Source: Penicillus capitatus (Eukaryota; Plantae; Chlorophyta). From it: DNA of 64,000 nucleotides. Location: NCBI GenBank assembly GCA_965649825.1, contig OZ287712.1, positions 1 through 64,000 of the forward strand, given 5' to 3'. The notes under the pieces were generated by a model, which was not told the origin of the DNA, did not search any database, and saw only the letters and a program-made list of their open reading frames with translations. The translations under genes were made by a program, and so were the position numbers. Each line of letters opens with the position of its first letter. Position 1 is the first letter of the stretch. Of the stretch, positions 61,501-64,000 are shown piece by piece.

Positions 61501-64000
61501 GAACGTCGAAATAGATCTGAAGCTTCTGGTAGTCCATCTTGTTTCACTTCATAGCGAACGCATGGTCTGTACCCCTTAGGAGAACAGTGCTTGCATTCAA
61601 GATGTTCACTGCTGGATGCCCGAGTCAGATGTTGATAAGAGGTTGAATGTGGAGCACATCATTCGAATAATGGAACAGAAACGAGCGCTTCTCGTTCAAA
61701 AAGAAACCACGCTGCAACACTGTTTCATTATGCTTCAGTCTCAGATCGCCAAGGCTGTGCATCAGCGTCGATCTCTCCTGCAGCAAAGGAAAGAGATAGC
61801 TCAAGAGAAGAACGAACTCAAACGACTGGCCGAGCAGCACAAAGGAAAAGAAAGGGCGTTGAAAGTACAATCGGTAGAACTAGAATCTCAGAAGGCAGAA
61901 GTCAACGTCCTGAAGATGAATGTGAACGAAACCCAGAAGAGTTTCCAGGTGACGACGGTTTTGTGTCGAGAAATACACGCGGACCTCTCCTTTCTGATAA
62001 AGGAGATGCAGCAACAACTGTTTGAGGAGAAAGAGAGGTTGGCGAGTGCCCAAGTGGATTTTCGTTCCGAGATACAAATGTATCAGATTCAAAAGGAGTC
62101 CTTCGATCGACAGTGTGAAGATCTCGACAAGAAAAAAGACGATCTCGACCAACGAGAGCAAACGCTGGCACAGAAGATGGATGATATGCGAGAGAAGAAT
62201 CATTCCCTCTGTATAAGAGAGGCAGAGGTGGAAGCACAACACTCCGAAAATGAAAGAGAGAGGATGAGGACTGAGAAGGAGGCCAGTCGAGTCGAACAAC
62301 GATTGGCGATGGCGGATCAGCTCAAACGCGAAGAAGAGAAGCTGTGCAAGGACAAGGCTTCTTTTCAGAAACAGAAGGAAGATCTCGAAGGCCGGTGGCG
62401 TGAATTGAAGACGAAGGAGGTCGAACTGCAGAACCAGTGCAACGATCTCATCAGAACAAAGAAGGAAATTGAGGAAGGGCAGAAGACCCTCAAGAATCTC
62501 CCAAAGAGTCTGAAGGACTTGGAGAAACGCAAGGCGGAGATCAAGGACCTCGTGAGTCCCATCACTCATCTGTTCGCCTGCCTGAACACCATCTCCCTCC
62601 ACAGGAGAAGAAGTTATCGGAATCCAGATATGCGACAGATAAATCACGAAGCGCTTTGCGTGAAGAAGAAGAAAAAATGCAAAAGATCAAAGAAACGTTC
62701 ATGCAAGAGAGGAGTGCTTTCGAAGAACGTGTTAGATCGCATCACGAAAGGATCGAGATCAGCGTCAAGGAAGTCGACGCCAAAAACGAGCAGTTGAATG
62801 AAGAGAAAAGCGTTCTCGTCCGAGATAAAAATCAGTTCGAGTGCGTCTGTCGTGTTTCGCCTGTATGTCCATATGCATTCCCCTCTTCTTCTTTGACAGG
62901 CTAGAAAAGCAAAAGTCCATCGGCGAGCTTCGTCATCTTGAGTACGTCTTGCAGAAAGGCGTCGAGAATTTGGATGGCCGCGAAGCACAGATCGCAAAGC
63001 AAGAATGTGAACTTGAAAGGCAAAGAACGGAGTTGGAGCAGATGAGAGTTGATGCAAGAGCCTCTGAAGAGTCTGCAGCGTCATTGAGATTAGATCTCCA
63101 AGAGAAGAAGAAAGTGGGTGGCCGCGTTCAGAAGGCAATGCATTCATTTATCTTCATCTTGGCTTTGTAGGCGTTAGAACTCGAACAGCTCCAAATAAAC
63201 GAAGAGCGGAGAATGGCAGATGAGCGCATCGACGAAGAAATCAACAAGATTCGACAGAATGCCGAGTTTGAGATCTCAAAGATCGAACAGCAGAAACGCG
63301 AACTGGAGATACTGACAGTCGAAGCCAAAAAGGTGTTTGTCCTTTGCCTGAAGCGCACGATCAAGTCATTGTAGGCAAAAGAAGAGGCGAATGAACATAT
63401 CAAGGAGGCAGATATGCGATGCAGAGAGGAGAGACAAAACATCAAGATGCAAGAAGAACTTCTCAAACAAAAAGAAGCACATCTCGTAAGTCATCTTCTG
63501 TCTGCATATATACTCAACCGTGATCACACACTGCATTGGATGCTATTTTATAATGCTATTGAATCTGCAATCTGCGATGGACTCCAGTTCCATCGGTGCT
63601 TCTTTTCAGGAAATGATGAGACACCGACAGAAGACGCATCCCTCTCAACAACATACAAGATGTCCCCTACGTTGATTTGGTTGACGTTTCCTAGAGGAAC
63701 TTGTCTAACGAACCGCAAATGAATGCAGCTAATAAACATGACATGGAAAAGTCAAATCGTATCTTTCGGGATAGTCTTTTGTTAGGCACAGTAATCTAAA
63801 CAGCCTGAGTTCTGTTTTCATTTGCCAAGTCTCATATTCAAGCGTGCTAAGCTCTCTTTCTGTTTTGGATTAGGAAGAGGATCGTTTAGATGTCGATAGA
63901 GTTCATACAGAGGTGGAATCCTCCAAAAGGGAAATAGCAAATAAGCTCCGGCACATCGAAGAACTAGAGAAGACAGCTTCCGACACTGCTTCGACTGCCA
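58571..64000 (+). CDS. Very long multi-exon E/K/Q/R-rich coiled-coil protein, runs off the window
   Basis: Continuous heptad-rich exons (e.g. 61616-62797) separated by ~50-60-nt GT-AG introns. No globular domain recognised. Confidence 0.8.

Overview
Eukaryotic nuclear DNA from a compact-genome green alga. This is inferred from the SDG2/ATXR3-type SET gene, plant-type organellar RecG, RAP-domain protein, LRS1-type WDR48, AT-less type I PKS remnant and GT-AG introns of about 43-64 nt. The code is standard, since core genes end in TAG/TAA. There are three zones. (1) 1-7.8 kb is a hierarchical tandem array of ~1-kb units with nested 27/28/46-bp subrepeats that share a TCGTAACAATT core, probably subtelomeric or pericentromeric. 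(2) ~7.9-26.6 kb is gene-poor and decaying: a 23-bp minisatellite, a 158-bp near-perfect hairpin (MITE-like), a 1.5-kb non-autonomous LTR retroelement (LTRs, PBS, PPT, 5-bp TSD) inserted into a LisH-like ORF, CDC40 and PKS pseudogenes, and small secreted-protein genes. (3) 26.7-64 kb is very gene-dense: RPS9, RECG with an in-frame DEDDh exonuclease, ZNF207-like, a Ty3/gypsy integrase remnant, RPL37A, a RAP protein, a coiled-coil gene, an intronless mitochondrial-type rps3, an RRM protein, XRCC2, SDG2, ALY, DUF3128, a MaoC dehydratase, WDR48, a SET protein and a long coiled-coil gene that runs off the end. The most interesting leads are: rps3 apparently nested on the same strand inside a ~1-kb intron of the coiled-coil gene; the RecG-exonuclease fusion; the satellite architecture, whose monomer resembles the SSU rRNA 3' end; and the young non-autonomous LTR element. 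All exon structures were read by eye and need RNA-seq confirmation.
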